Positions 32,998-42,224 are shown, counted from the stretch's first letter. The stretch is DNA of 64,000 nucleotides from Dictyostelium discoideum (GCA_000004695.1 CM000152.2:1536001-1600000); one strand, 5' to 3'. The notes: generated from the letters alone by a model not told the origin. Program-made: numbers and translations.

Positions 32998-35900
32998 TCA
33001 TATGAATTGATCAAAAGATATAATATTTGGGAGAGATGATTCTGGAATACAATAGTAATTAGCTGTTGTTTTTCTTAGCTTGATCGTTGAGGTGAGAAGG
33101 ATCTTAGGGTCTTTGAAATTATTATGGTCTTTTGCTGATAAGTTTTTCAGGTCTTTTGCTTTTTTGATGTATTCTAGAGTGGCCAATTTGTGCCATTTCT
33201 TTAGAAGGGAGCTGTATGATAGTGATTCATTTGTTAAAGGATCTTCACTGTATATTTGATTGCAAATCCAAATCCAAATGTTGTGGAGGATAAGGGCCAT
33301 TAGGTTTCTATATGCGAATGATCTGGTTAGATCATAGTCTATTGCTTTATAGTTCCATTCAAAGTATTCTTTGTGGAATCTGTGGTTGGCGTAGTCTGCA
33401 TTCACTTCTTGATCTTTTTTGGCTGTCGGTGATAATTTTGGAGTTATTCTATTAATGAAATTGTTATTTTGCCTAATTCTTGTATGGTGCCAGTTTTTAC
33501 CTTTGCCTGTGGTAATATAGATGAAATTTTTGAGTTTATTTATTTTTATGAATTGTTTTGTTTTCTTGCATGAGAAGAACAGGTGACCGTATGGGTCTTT
33601 GCTCATATCTTCTTTGCAGAGTGGACATTGTTTGTTGTGAAGGTAGTTTATTGGAAGGCATCTGGCATGGAATCTAAACATTGTGTCTTTTGTTTTAGGG
33701 TCTTTTATCTTCAGTATGTTGTTGAAGAGTTGATTATAGCTGTAGCCTCTTAAGTTTAGAGATGATTGGAATTCCGTTTTAGGGATGGTTAAATTTTGGT
33801 CTTGAATTGTGGTATACCATTCTGCCAGTGAAAGTGGTTGTCCATTTTCGTTTTTTATGGATGTGAGATTATTGTTGAAGATTGCTTTTTTTATTCTTAT
33901 TTTGTTCCATTCGTCTAAGTTTTCTTTTAGGTATCTGGATGTGAATTTGTTTTTTTGGATCTGATATTCCCAGCTTTTGTGATGCGATGAGTTTGTTTGT
34001 TTGGTTTCTAGTGCTAGGATGAACTGGTTTATGATCCAAAGTTTCTGCGCCAGTTGTCTCAATTCTATATTCCAAATGTTCCAACCCCCTACTTTTAGTG
34101 GGTATCTTGCTCTTTTGGTTCTCATTAAATTAATAACTTGAAATCCACTAGCATTTTTGTTGTTTGGTGCCGATAAAAACCATTCGACTAATTTATTGAT
34201 TTGGTTTAATTCCTCTTCCTTAAAGTTCTCTACATATGAATAGTAGGTTAATTTAGAGAGTGCGAATGCTTTGAGGATGTTGGTTTTGGTTTTGATTGTT
34301 GAGTCAGTGGTTTTCCATAGTACTAAGGATGATCTTATTGTGTTTAATATTTCTGGCATTTTTCTTGTTATCCCTTTGCCTGTGAAGAAGTATCCCAAGT
34401 ATCTTTCTGGATTTGTAGATATTGGAATTCTTTGGTTGGTATTGTCTGGGTTGCCTATAAGAATTGATGAAGATTTGTCGATGTTTAGTTTTGAGGAAGT
34501 GGCTTTGCAAAATGAATTGAAGTGTTGTAGTACTAATTCAAGTTGTTGAAAGTCTGGGACCATTGAAGCCGAGTCGTCTGCAAAGCTTTGGAATTTCTCT
34601 CTGTGGTTGCTGTTGTTTAGAGGAAGGCCAGTAATTCGGTCATCTTGTAAAATTTTTCTAGCTAAAGCCTCTATTACAAGGACGAACAGGGTGGGTGATA
34701 GTGGATCTCCTTGTTTAACTCCTCTTTTGATCTCAAAGGGTATAGTAGTTCTACCATTAATTTCAATTCTTGCTTCAGATTTGGTGAGTAGATTCATTAT
34801 CAGGTTGATTATATTGGTTGGAATGTTGATGTGTTGTAGTGATCTGAGTATTGAACCGTGTGAGATCGAGTCAAAAGCTTTTTCGAAATCATATAGTGTA
34901 ATTATTCCGTTAATTCTTTTATCATTACAATAGTTGATTAATTCGTTCATTGATATGATATTATCTAGAATGAATCTGCCTGGTACGAAACCTTTTTGAT
35001 TGTGGTTGATCACTTTCGTTAGTATTGGGATTATTCTATTGTTTATTAGTTTTGAGTGGATTTTATATATACAGTTAGCCAGTGTAATTGGTCTTCTGTT
35101 TTTGATTAGTTCGGGGTCTCCCTTTTTAGGTATCGTGATAATGAGGCCTTCTTTGTAATTTTTGCTAATTAGATGAGGATTTCTTAGAGTGTCGTTGAAT
35201 GCTGAGGCCAGTATTGGAGCTAGTTTTTCTTTGTGTGTTATGTAGAATAAGTTTGGAATTCCATCTGGGCCTGGAGATTTGTGTGGGTTCAATTGTTTTA
35301 TTACTTCTAGGATCTCTTGTGATGTGAATTCATTTTCAAGGTTGTCCCATGTTGAGTCCCTGGTCACTGTCCAATTTTCCAACATTTCATAATGAGATGG
35401 TGGGTCATCTTCTTTGTAGTCATAAAGATTTGAGTAATATTTTACGTATTCTTCTTCGATCAATTCCTGTTTGTTGATTGTTCTACCTTGTGCATCTTTT
35501 ACTGCGTTGATGGTGAAATCATTGTGTCTTTTCTTGATTCTCGCGGAGATGTACTTGAGTGAGGTTTCTTCGCAATAGTTGTTCAATTCTTGTTTAAGTT
35601 GTTCTTCTCTTTTTTTAGATTCATTTATTGCTGAAAGGGTTGCGAAGGCTTGGTCTTTAAATTCTGTCTCTAGTAGGGAGATTAGATTTTTGATGTTTGC
35701 CTTATTGTTGTAGTCATTTTGTTTTTGAAATTCTGTGTATAGTTGTTTTATTTTGTTTAGTAAGCTGTTGAGTTGAGAGAAGGAAATAGAGTTATGGTTG
35801 GATGACAGCTCCCTTGAATAATCGTTAAGTAGGAAGTCTATTTTCTTAAGCATTATGCTTGAGAGGATTGAGGATTTTTTTAATCTCCATCTGCGCTTGT

Positions 35901-36702
35901 TCATCTGTATGTTGGGTAGAGTGAAGGTGGTTGATAGGAAGTTGTGATCTGATAGAGGTATGTCATTAATTTTTGGGGGGATTAGGTTCCTTAAGTATAA
36001 TTGGCTGTAGTTGATTATGCTATTGTTAAGGTATATTCTGTCTAGTCTCCTTTCCAAGATTCTTGTGAGGTTATTGTTTGTGTTGTGTATCGTTCTTGAG
36101 AAGGTGGGTCTTTTATTTAGTTGGTCCATATCCATTAGGTTATTTGAAATTCTGATGGCTTCGATTACTGTGGCCATCTCATCTGGGGATTGTGTTGTCA
36201 AGTTGCCTTGGTCATCATTTGATGTGTGATTGTCATTGAAGTCTAAACAGTTGAAGTCGCCTGCTATGATGTCGATGTTTTTATTAGGGTTAGACGTTAG
36301 GTTGTGGTATTGGTTGTTGAAGTGTTTGTTTAGTGTTGAAGCTAGTGTTTTTCTTTTATCAGGTTGGGCCGGGGCGTATATGGCCAAGATTCTCGTTGTG
36401 GTATCTTTTATTAGAATGTCTGATATTATTAGTCTACCTTCTATTATGAATATTGGTGAGAGTTTTATGTTTTGGTTGTTGTGGTTTAGTATTCCTATTC
36501 CGTTGCCTCTGTTGGTTGCGCTAATGATGGAGCCAGGAAATAGCTGGTGTGCTTGTGTTGCGTCGGCGTTGAGTTCATTGACTATGGTTAGTGCCAATGA
36601 GTTTGGGGGGGATTGGGATTTGATAAAGTCTGTTTTGTTTTTGAAGGAGGTGTCAGTGCCCCAACCTCTGACATTCCATTGGTTGATTTTGATTACTACC
36701 AT
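32998..36702 (-). CDS. Retrotransposon ORF2 polyprotein (1234 aa): apurinic-endonuclease-like domain, reverse transcriptase and a C-terminal CCHC zinc knuckle. Apparently intact.
   Basis: Track ORF. The N-terminus MVVIKINQWNVRGWGTDTS... is an EEP/APE nuclease fold start. The central part has RT blocks (…LIKNRRPITLANCIYKIHSKLI…, …GVKQGDPLSPTLFVLVIEAL…, …SFADDSASMV…). The C-terminus has HARCLPINYLHNKQCPLCKEDMSKDPYGHLFFSCKK. Confidence 0.85.
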   Translation of the reverse strand: MVVIKINQWNVRGWGTDTSFKNKTDFIKSQSPPNSLALTIVNELNADATQAHQLFPGSIISATNRGNGIGILNHNNQNIKLSPIFIIEGRLIISDILIKDTTTRILAIYAPAQPDKRKTLASTLNKHFNNQYHNLTSNPNKNIDIIAGDFNCLDFNDNHTSNDDQGNLTTQSPDEMATVIEAIRISNNLMDMDQLNKRPTFSRTIHNTNNNLTRILERRLDRIYLNNSIINYSQLYLRNLIPPKINDIPLSDHNFLSTTFTLPNIQMNKRRWRLKKSSILSSIMLKKIDFLLNDYSRELSSNHNSISFSQLNSLLNKIKQLYTEFQKQNDYNNKANIKNLISLLETEFKDQAFATLSAINESKKREEQLKQELNNYCEETSLKYISARIKKRHNDFTINAVKDAQGRTINKQELIEEEYVKYYSNLYDYKEDDPPSHYEMLENWTVTRDSTWDNLENEFTSQEILEVIKQLNPHKSPGPDGIPNLFYITHKEKLAPILASAFNDTLRNPHLISKNYKEGLIITIPKKGDPELIKNRRPITLANCIYKIHSKLINNRIIPILTKVINHNQKGFVPGRFILDNIISMNELINYCNDKRINGIITLYDFEKAFDSISHGSILRSLQHINIPTNIINLIMNLLTKSEARIEINGRTTIPFEIKRGVKQGDPLSPTLFVLVIEALARKILQDDRITGLPLNNSNHREKFQSFADDSASMVPDFQQLELVLQHFNSFCKATSSKLNIDKSSSILIGNPDNTNQRIPISTNPERYLGYFFTGKGITRKMPEILNTIRSSLVLWKTTDSTIKTKTNILKAFALSKLTYYSYVENFKEEELNQINKLVEWFLSAPNNKNASGFQVINLMRTKRARYPLKVGGWNIWNIELRQLAQKLWIINQFILALETKQTNSSHHKSWEYQIQKNKFTSRYLKENLDEWNKIRIKKAIFNNNLTSIKNENGQPLSLAEWYTTIQDQNLTIPKTEFQSSLNLRGYSYNQLFNNILKIKDPKTKDTMFRFHARCLPINYLHNKQCPLCKEDMSKDPYGHLFFSCKKTKQFIKINKLKNFIYITTGKGKNWHHTRIRQNNNFINRITPKLSPTAKKDQEVNADYANHRFHKEYFEWNYKAIDYDLTRSFAYRNLMALILHNIWIWICNQIYSEDPLTNESLSYSSLLKKWHKLATLEYIKKAKDLKNLSAKDHNNFKDPKILLTSTIKLRKTTANYYCIPESSLPNIISFDQFI

Positions 36703-37955
36703 TATGAGATGATATCGATCTCCTCTTGGGAGTCGTATAGCTGCGGTTTGGATGGTGAAGGGTAGATACTCTCTATGAAGCTCTCAATGATTCCTTTCCT
36801 TTCTTTTTTGACAGGTGTCTTAGGGGTGGATGGGATGTAAGGGTTGCTTCTGTTTATTGTTGGTGAGAGTTGGGTGACCTCGTTGTTTGAGTGGATTTCC
36901 TCGTTCTTGCGTTTATGTGATGGAGGGATGTTTGGTGTCTTCTCTCTGTTTTCCGAGGATGAATGGATGTTAGTGCTCGTTTTGTTGGCATTGTCTTTTT
37001 GGATGGCGTTGGATGTTGTGGTAGTGGTTGTGGTGGGTTTGACAGATTGAGATTCTGCTTGGTTTTTGGGGGGAAGAGGTTGAGAGGACTTTTTTGATTG
37101 GGCTTTTTTCTCTTGGGTTGATTGTTTATCAGACTTATTGTTTGCTGGGTTGTTTGTTTGTTGTTGTGGTTTTGGTTGAGAGGATTTGATTGCTATCCTG
37201 TTTTGGATGTTGGGAGGATCATCTGTCATCTCATCTTCTAATGGTTCTTCCGTGTTGTTTGACTCTACTTTCTTATTTTTCTTTTGAGAGGAGTAGGTTT
37301 TGGTGGCCGTTCTGATGGTAAAGTTGGCGATTTCTGTATTGTGTTGGCCAGATTTCATTTGATCGCCTATTTTGCATTCTATTAGACCGAATACTAGGAG
37401 GTGGTCGGTGGAGTATGTAGTATGGTATATTGCATAGGGTATTTCTTCTGCAAAGGCAGTTTTGATGAGGGCGTCCACTATTCCTGCCTTTTCTCTTGGA
37501 ATTCTTACTCTTCCTGTGAGGACGTGGTAGTCTCTACTGGAGGTGATGAAGGTTCCCAATTTGCTTCTATCTCTAATGATATTTAGGAGAGATTGTTCGT
37601 TTTTAATCATCAGGTGTATCATTTTTCTAGTTCCTTTGCCTATGTATATCTTGTCGATTGGGATATCGTAGTTTGAGAGTGTTTTTCTCATTTCTTCTAA
37701 CCCCATGAGATCCATTTTGGGGAATTCGAGTGTAATTGGGTAGAATCCGTTGTTTTTCTCGTAGGTTGAGAGCGCAGTCATGTTCAATATGGTCTCGCAG
37801 TATTTGGAGATGTCTTTGAGGCCTATTGATAATTTGGGGTAGGTCTCCTTTATCTCTGCTGTTTTTGTGGAGAATTCCTTAATGAAGTTCTCTGATGCCT
37901 CGTCCATATGGGTGGAGGGGTTGGCCATTTTAGCCGCGTCTGCGTAGGAATTCAT
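36702..37955 (-). CDS. Retrotransposon ORF1 protein (417 aa), with a basic S/T/Q/K-rich C-terminal half (nucleic-acid-binding-like).
   Basis: Track ORF directly upstream of ORF2 and overlapping it by 1 nt. There is no stop or frameshift. The C-terminal half is lysine/proline/threonine-rich, as in ORF1 proteins of TRE elements. Confidence 0.8.
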   Translation of the reverse strand: MNSYADAAKMANPSTHMDEASENFIKEFSTKTAEIKETYPKLSIGLKDISKYCETILNMTALSTYEKNNGFYPITLEFPKMDLMGLEEMRKTLSNYDIPIDKIYIGKGTRKMIHLMIKNEQSLLNIIRDRSKLGTFITSSRDYHVLTGRVRIPREKAGIVDALIKTAFAEEIPYAIYHTTYSTDHLLVFGLIECKIGDQMKSGQHNTEIANFTIRTATKTYSSQKKNKKVESNNTEEPLEDEMTDDPPNIQNRIAIKSSQPKPQQQTNNPANNKSDKQSTQEKKAQSKKSSQPLPPKNQAESQSVKPTTTTTTTSNAIQKDNANKTSTNIHSSSENREKTPNIPPSHKRKNEEIHSNNEVTQLSPTINRSNPYIPSTPKTPVKKERKGIIESFIESIYPSPSKPQLYDSQEEIDIIS

Positions 37956-38030
37956 CTCGATGGGATTCCTTTGAATCGGCGATTTGGTAAGTTAGATCTG
38001 TAGATCGTGGTGGATTGGTGATTTTTTTCG

Positions 38031-38043
38031 TAAAAGCGGTGTA
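38031..38043. repeat. Right copy of the 13-bp target-site duplication (taaaagcggtgta).
   Basis: Identical to 32815..32827. It lies between the element 5-prime end and the tRNA. Confidence 0.6.
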
Positions 38044-38072
38044 ACGAAATTCGTAAAATAAATATTTTTTAT

Positions 38073-38077
38073 AAAAA
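38073..38077 (-). terminator. Pol III terminator T5 run, 5-9 nt downstream of the tRNA-Cys 3-prime end.
   Basis: - strand reads GGAACT-t-ccaTTTTTat right after the acceptor stem. Confidence 0.5.
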
Positions 38078-38081
38078 TGGA

Positions 38082-38153
38082 AGTTCCGAACCAGGATTGA
38101 ACTGGCGACCTAACGATTTGCAGTCGCTTGCTCTTCCACTGAGCTATCGAAAC
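38082..38153 (-). tRNA. tRNA-Cys (anticodon GCA).
   Basis: The reverse complement folds as a canonical cloverleaf. Acceptor: GTTTCGA/TCGGAAC, 7 bp with one G-U. D arm: GCTC-AGTGGAA-GAGC. Anticodon arm: AGCGA-CT-GCA-AA-TCGTT. T arm: GCCAG-TTCAATC-CTGGT (TTCRANY loop). The discriminator is U73, as expected for Cys. A-box (TAGCTCAGTGG) and B-box (GGTTCAATCC-like, here AGTTCAATCC) promoter elements are present. Confidence 0.85.
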
Positions 38154-38902
38154 TTGTTGAAATTTTTTAATGAGACCTTTTTTTTTGAATTGGAGAATTT
38201 TTTAATGAAACCTCTCACTTTCATTACAATTATCTTAAATTTGTGTCAAATAATATTTCAAATAATAATTTTATTAATTTCAGCAAAGATTAAAAATAAT
38301 ATTTTTTATTTAATTTTATAATTAATAATTATGTCACTCATTTAATTTATTATAAATATAAAAAAATAATTTAATTTTAATTCAGGTTGTTATCTCATTG
38401 TTAAGCGATAAAAGATATTAAATAAAAATATATATAAATAAATATAAATATAAATATAAATATAAATTAATATATAAAGTGTTTTAAAGATTATTTAATA
38501 TAAAATAAAGATTAAATTTTAAATAAAAATTATAATATTTGTAACATAATTACAAAAGACCACTTTCGTTACAATTTGTGGTTTAACAGCCCAACCTAGC
38601 CAATTTTAAGTCAATGGTTCGTTTCTGGGTTAAAATCTAATATGCCAAAATAAAATTAATTTGTCAAATTAAGATATTTAAAGTTTAAAATTTAGCCAAA
38701 AATTTTCATTTTTTTACAAAAAAGAATTATAATATAATAAAAAAAAGCCAAAAAGATATGTTTTACAATAAATAAATTAAGTATTTACAATTTTATTTAA
38801 ATTTTAAAATTATTAGGAATTTTAATTTGTATTTGTTTTTAAATTAATTAATATTTATATATTAATATTAATTATATATATACATATTGATTACTATTCC
38901 AA

Positions 38903-39170
38903 TTAAATATATGCAGGGCCAACATAAAATCCTTTTTTAATTACAGTTTTTCTTGGATCCCATCTCGTTATCATTGATTTTTCATATACTAATGAACTAT
39001 TAAAATTGTTTAAATTTTGGAATGTTTTATTATTTTTAATTGTAACGATTGCAGAAAAAGAATCTAAAATATTTAAAATTAATCTTTGTTAGATTTTTAT
39101 TTAAATTTTAAAAGTTTATTTTTTTTTTTTTTTTTTTTTTTTTTCTAATCAACTTACCGATAATTGTCAT
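38903..39170 (-). CDS. Candidate small two-exon gene (58 aa). Exon 1 is only 13 nt (39170..39158) and exon 2 is 39063..38903. Absent from the ORF track because each piece is short.
   Basis: ATGACAATTATCG is followed by a perfect GTAAGT donor. 95 nt downstream, TATTTTAG is followed in phase by an open frame of 53 codons (DSFSAIVTIKNNKTFQNLNNFNSSLVYEKSMITRWDPRKTVIKKGFYVGPAYI-stop). The exon is distinctly GC-richer than its surroundings. No family assignment. Confidence 0.35.
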
Positions 39171-40059
39171 TTAATAATTTATTTATAAAAATATTTAGAT
39201 AAATATTTGAAAAATGATATTTAAAAAAATGAAAAAAGATAAAATAATAATAAACAAAAAAAAAGATCAAAATTATTTATAGTTTTATTTTTTTTAATTA
39301 TTTATTTATACTTTATTTTTTTTTTATTTATTTATATTTATTTTTATTTTTATTTTTATTTTTATTTTTATTTTTATTTTTTTTGTTTTGATATAAAAGT
39401 GGTGAAAAGATTAGATATAAAATGTTCAACTAATTAGATATAAATTAAAAAAATACTTTAAACATTAGACATGCTATTCTTCATAGTTGTGCCAAAAAAA
39501 AATAAAAAATAATATTGTTTTAATAATAAAATTAAAAAAATAATAATTAAAAAAAAAAAAAAAAAAAGATTGTGGGACAAGATTAACAGATGAGAAGTGT
39601 GAGTGGTTATTTTGTTTTTGTTTTTATTTGTATATTTTTATTTCTAATTAATCTTTTTTTTTTTATTTTTTTTTTAAAATTATTTATTAATTTATTTATT
39701 TATTTATTTATTTTTTTTTTGAAAAAAAAAAGAATAATTAATTTTAAAAAAAAAAATTATTTATTCATTTTATAATTCCTTATATTAATAAACAAATATA
39801 AAAGATAAAAATTGTTTATACCCCTAAGTGTAATATAAACCCCTAATAAGAAAAACTCTTAATCAAATTAATGTGTGGTAAATTTTTAAACCTCAAGATA
39901 TGTACAATTTGTCAATTATCTGTCAAATTGTAATTATCTCAACAACTATCTTAATGTCAACTATTAATAAATTTTCCAATAATGATGATTATTAATTGTT
40001 CACATGGTGATAATAATAATTATAATTATTATAATAATCAAAAAAATAAAAAATAAAAA

Positions 40060-40061
40060 AA

Positions 40062-40137
<76 letters not shown>

Positions 40138-40140
40138 CAA
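40060..40140. repeat. (AAT)27 microsatellite in intergenic DNA.
   Basis: Direct reading. Confidence 0.95.
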
Positions 40141-40792
40141 AATCACCAATAACAAAAAATAACAATAAAATAATATCAACAAATTTTATTTTAAAAATTC
40201 TTTGTTTGATGGTTTTAAAATTTCAAAATATTTTTTTATTTTTATTTTTTTTTTTTACCAAAATTTTACCACCCTGAATTTTTAAACAAAAAAAAAAATA
40301 AAAAAAAAATAAAAATAATGATATTTTTATTGTAAAAATCACTTTAAAAGTCCAAATAAAAACTTCGAAAAGTTGAAACCCTTTTCGACAAATCTTTTTT
40401 TATTTTTTTTTTTTTTATATTTTTTTTTTAAAAAAAAATTATTTTTTATGATTTTTTTTTTTAGTCAAATAACCATTTTATTTAAAAAATTTTTCATCAC
40501 ATTTTATTTGTAAATTTGTGTGTGTGTATTTATTATATTAAAAAAATTATTAAAAAATAAAAATAAAAATAAAAATAAAAAACCCCATCGAAACATAAAT
40601 CTCACACATTTCAAATTTATACGCACTTTTTTTCATTTAACAATAATTTTTTTTTTTTCGTTTTACATCAAAAAAAAAAAAAAAAAAAAAAATTTTCATT
40701 TACATACCCACAAAATAATCAACAAATTATATATACATCCAAATTTAAATATTACATATATAAATATAGCGCAAAAATAAAACAAAAATACA

Positions 40793-41135
40793 ATGAAAAT
40801 ACTTGCAACCTTATTTACAATTTTATTATTGGTCAATTTTTGTTTTTCAACACCAATTCGTTTACTTGATGGTAATAATTGTTCATTTAATGCAACCGAT
40901 GGTAAAATTTATGATTTAAGTTCAATTGGGTATGTATAAAAAAAAAAAAAAAAAAAAAAAATTTATTTTATTTTACTAATTAAATTTCATTTTAAAATTA
41001 GTTATCTCGAATATAATTATCCATCAACTTCTGTTGTCCCAAACAGAATTATTGCTTTAAATCGTATGTATAGAATAATTTTTTTTTTTTTTTTTTTTTT
41101 TATAATTTATTATGTTTATTAACCAAATCTTTGAT

Positions 41136-41174
<39 letters not shown>

Positions 41175-41940
41175 ATAATAATAATAATAAAAATAAAAAA
41201 GTTTGTTCTGCATTAACTGGAACTCAACCATGTGGAACTAATCCAAAACCAACCTATATTTGCCAAAAAGATAGTGCCACAAGTCAAACTGGTATGGGTC
41301 TTACAGCAACAACTCCAACTCAATTACAACCATCTGCAAATGATACCTTTGTTTCTTTACAATATACTGGTGTACTTTGTGGTATGAATAACATAAAAAC
41401 CATTGTCAACATTGAATGTGGAGGTAGCGATAAAATTTTTTCTGTTACCCAAGGCACTTTAAAACCTAATGCTTGTAGTGTTCAAAATACTGTAAGTTTA
41501 ATTTTTTTTTTTTTTTTTTAGATTACCATCCAAGTGCAATATTAATTCCAAATTTTTATTTTTTAGATTATCATTCAATCTAATATGTTTTGTTCATCTT
41601 CACCAAAATCTGGTCTTTCAGGTGGTGATGTTTTCTTAATTATGTAAGTCTATAAAAATAATTATAATCTAAAAATAGAAATCTAAAAATGAAAAGATCT
41701 AATATTAGATATTTATTTTCCAAAAAAAAAAAAAAAAAAAAAACTAGATTTTTTTGTGGTTTTGGTGCATACTTTATTTTTGGTATTGCAATTCAATGTT
41801 ATAGAGGAAAGAGAGGAGCTGAAGCTGTACCAAATATCGAATTCTGGAAAAGTTTTGGTGGATTAATTAAAGATGGTGTTGGTTTCATTAAATCCAAGAT
41901 TTTCCGTACAGCTGCCACTTCTGGTTATCAAGCAATCTAA
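40793..41940 (+). CDS. Type I membrane protein with a mannose-6-phosphate-receptor-homology (MRH)-like cysteine-rich lumenal domain, one TM helix and a short cytosolic tail (CD-MPR / Atg27-like architecture). Five exons: 40793..40929, 41002..41063, 41202..41491, 41567..41643, 41748..41940.
   Basis: Signal peptide MKILATLFTILLLVNFCFS. The lumenal part has six spaced Cys, N-glycosylation sequons and the MRH-like stretch YTGVLCGMNNIKTIVNIECGG. The TM segment is FFCGFGAYFIFGIAIQCY, followed by the basic RGKRGAE. The four introns have GTATGT or GTAAGT donors and TAG/AAAAAG acceptors, and all phases are consistent (2, 1, 0, 2). The family call is by architecture only. Confidence 0.6.
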
Positions 41941-42048
41941 ACATTTTAATTTTGTAAATTAATATATAGTTAATAAAAACAAAAACAAAAACAAAAACAA
42001 AACAAAAAAAAATTAAAATTAATTTGGTGTGGAAAGAATGGTGTAGTA

Positions 42049-42175
42049 AATGGATTATAGTTTTATTTAAAAATAAAAAAAATATGATGTAATAAATGAA
42101 TCATAATTTTACAATAAAATAAAAAATGGTGAAATAAATGAATCATAATAAAATTAATCTTTGTGTGTTTTGTTT
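42049..42175. repeat. Three tandem, diverged copies of a ~43-bp unit (atgRtgNARtaaatgRaTYATARttt...aaaataaaaaa) in the short spacer between two convergent genes.
   Basis: Units start at about 42049 (atggtgtagtaaatggattatag...), 42087 (atgatgtaataaatgaatcataat...) and 42128 (atggtgaaataaatgaatcataat...). Confidence 0.4.
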
Positions 42176-42224
42176 TTTTTTTTTTTTTTAAAATATATTA
42201 AAAAATTTATTTTAATTAAACCAT

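Larger units (their letters stand above)
32828..38030 (-). mobile_element. Full-length (about 5.2 kb) tRNA-gene-targeted non-LTR retrotransposon of the Dictyostelium TRE3 class (TRE3-A/Tdd-3-like). It has a 5-prime UTR, ORF1, an overlapping ORF2 (APE endonuclease, reverse transcriptase, CCHC knuckle), a 3-prime UTR and a poly(A) tail of about 65 A.
   Basis: Two long, uninterrupted reverse-strand ORFs overlap in ATGA (ORF1 stop and ORF2 start both at 36702). ORF2 has an N-terminal APE-like endonuclease, RT motifs ending in FADDS (the YxDD box) and a C-terminal Cys/His knuckle. A (T)65 run at 32828..32894 is the poly(A) tail on the - strand. It is flanked by the 13-bp TSD. Its 5-prime end lies about 50 nt downstream of the 3-prime end of a co-oriented tRNA-Cys gene. 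Downstream insertion, the 5.2-kb size and the overlapping ORFs fit TRE3 rather than TRE5 (which inserts upstream). The family assignment rests on established knowledge of Dictyostelium TREs, not a database search. Confidence 0.8.

Noticed and set aside
34271-36712. Several + strand ORFs (34271, 34607, 36011, 36230, 36844, 37401) inside the retrotransposon
   Set aside because: All are antisense to the long intact ORF1/ORF2. They are short with no motifs and are best explained as chance ORFs in GC-richer element sequence.
38097-38321. 74-aa + strand ORF overlapping the tRNA
   Set aside because: It overlaps the tRNA-Cys gene on the opposite strand and continues into AT-rich spacer. It is not coding.
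38160-38400. Repeated tttttaatga[ga]acc motif upstream of tRNA-Cys as a TRE5 remnant
   Set aside because: Only two short copies are present and there is no extended similarity to element sequence. It is more likely simple AT-rich spacer.
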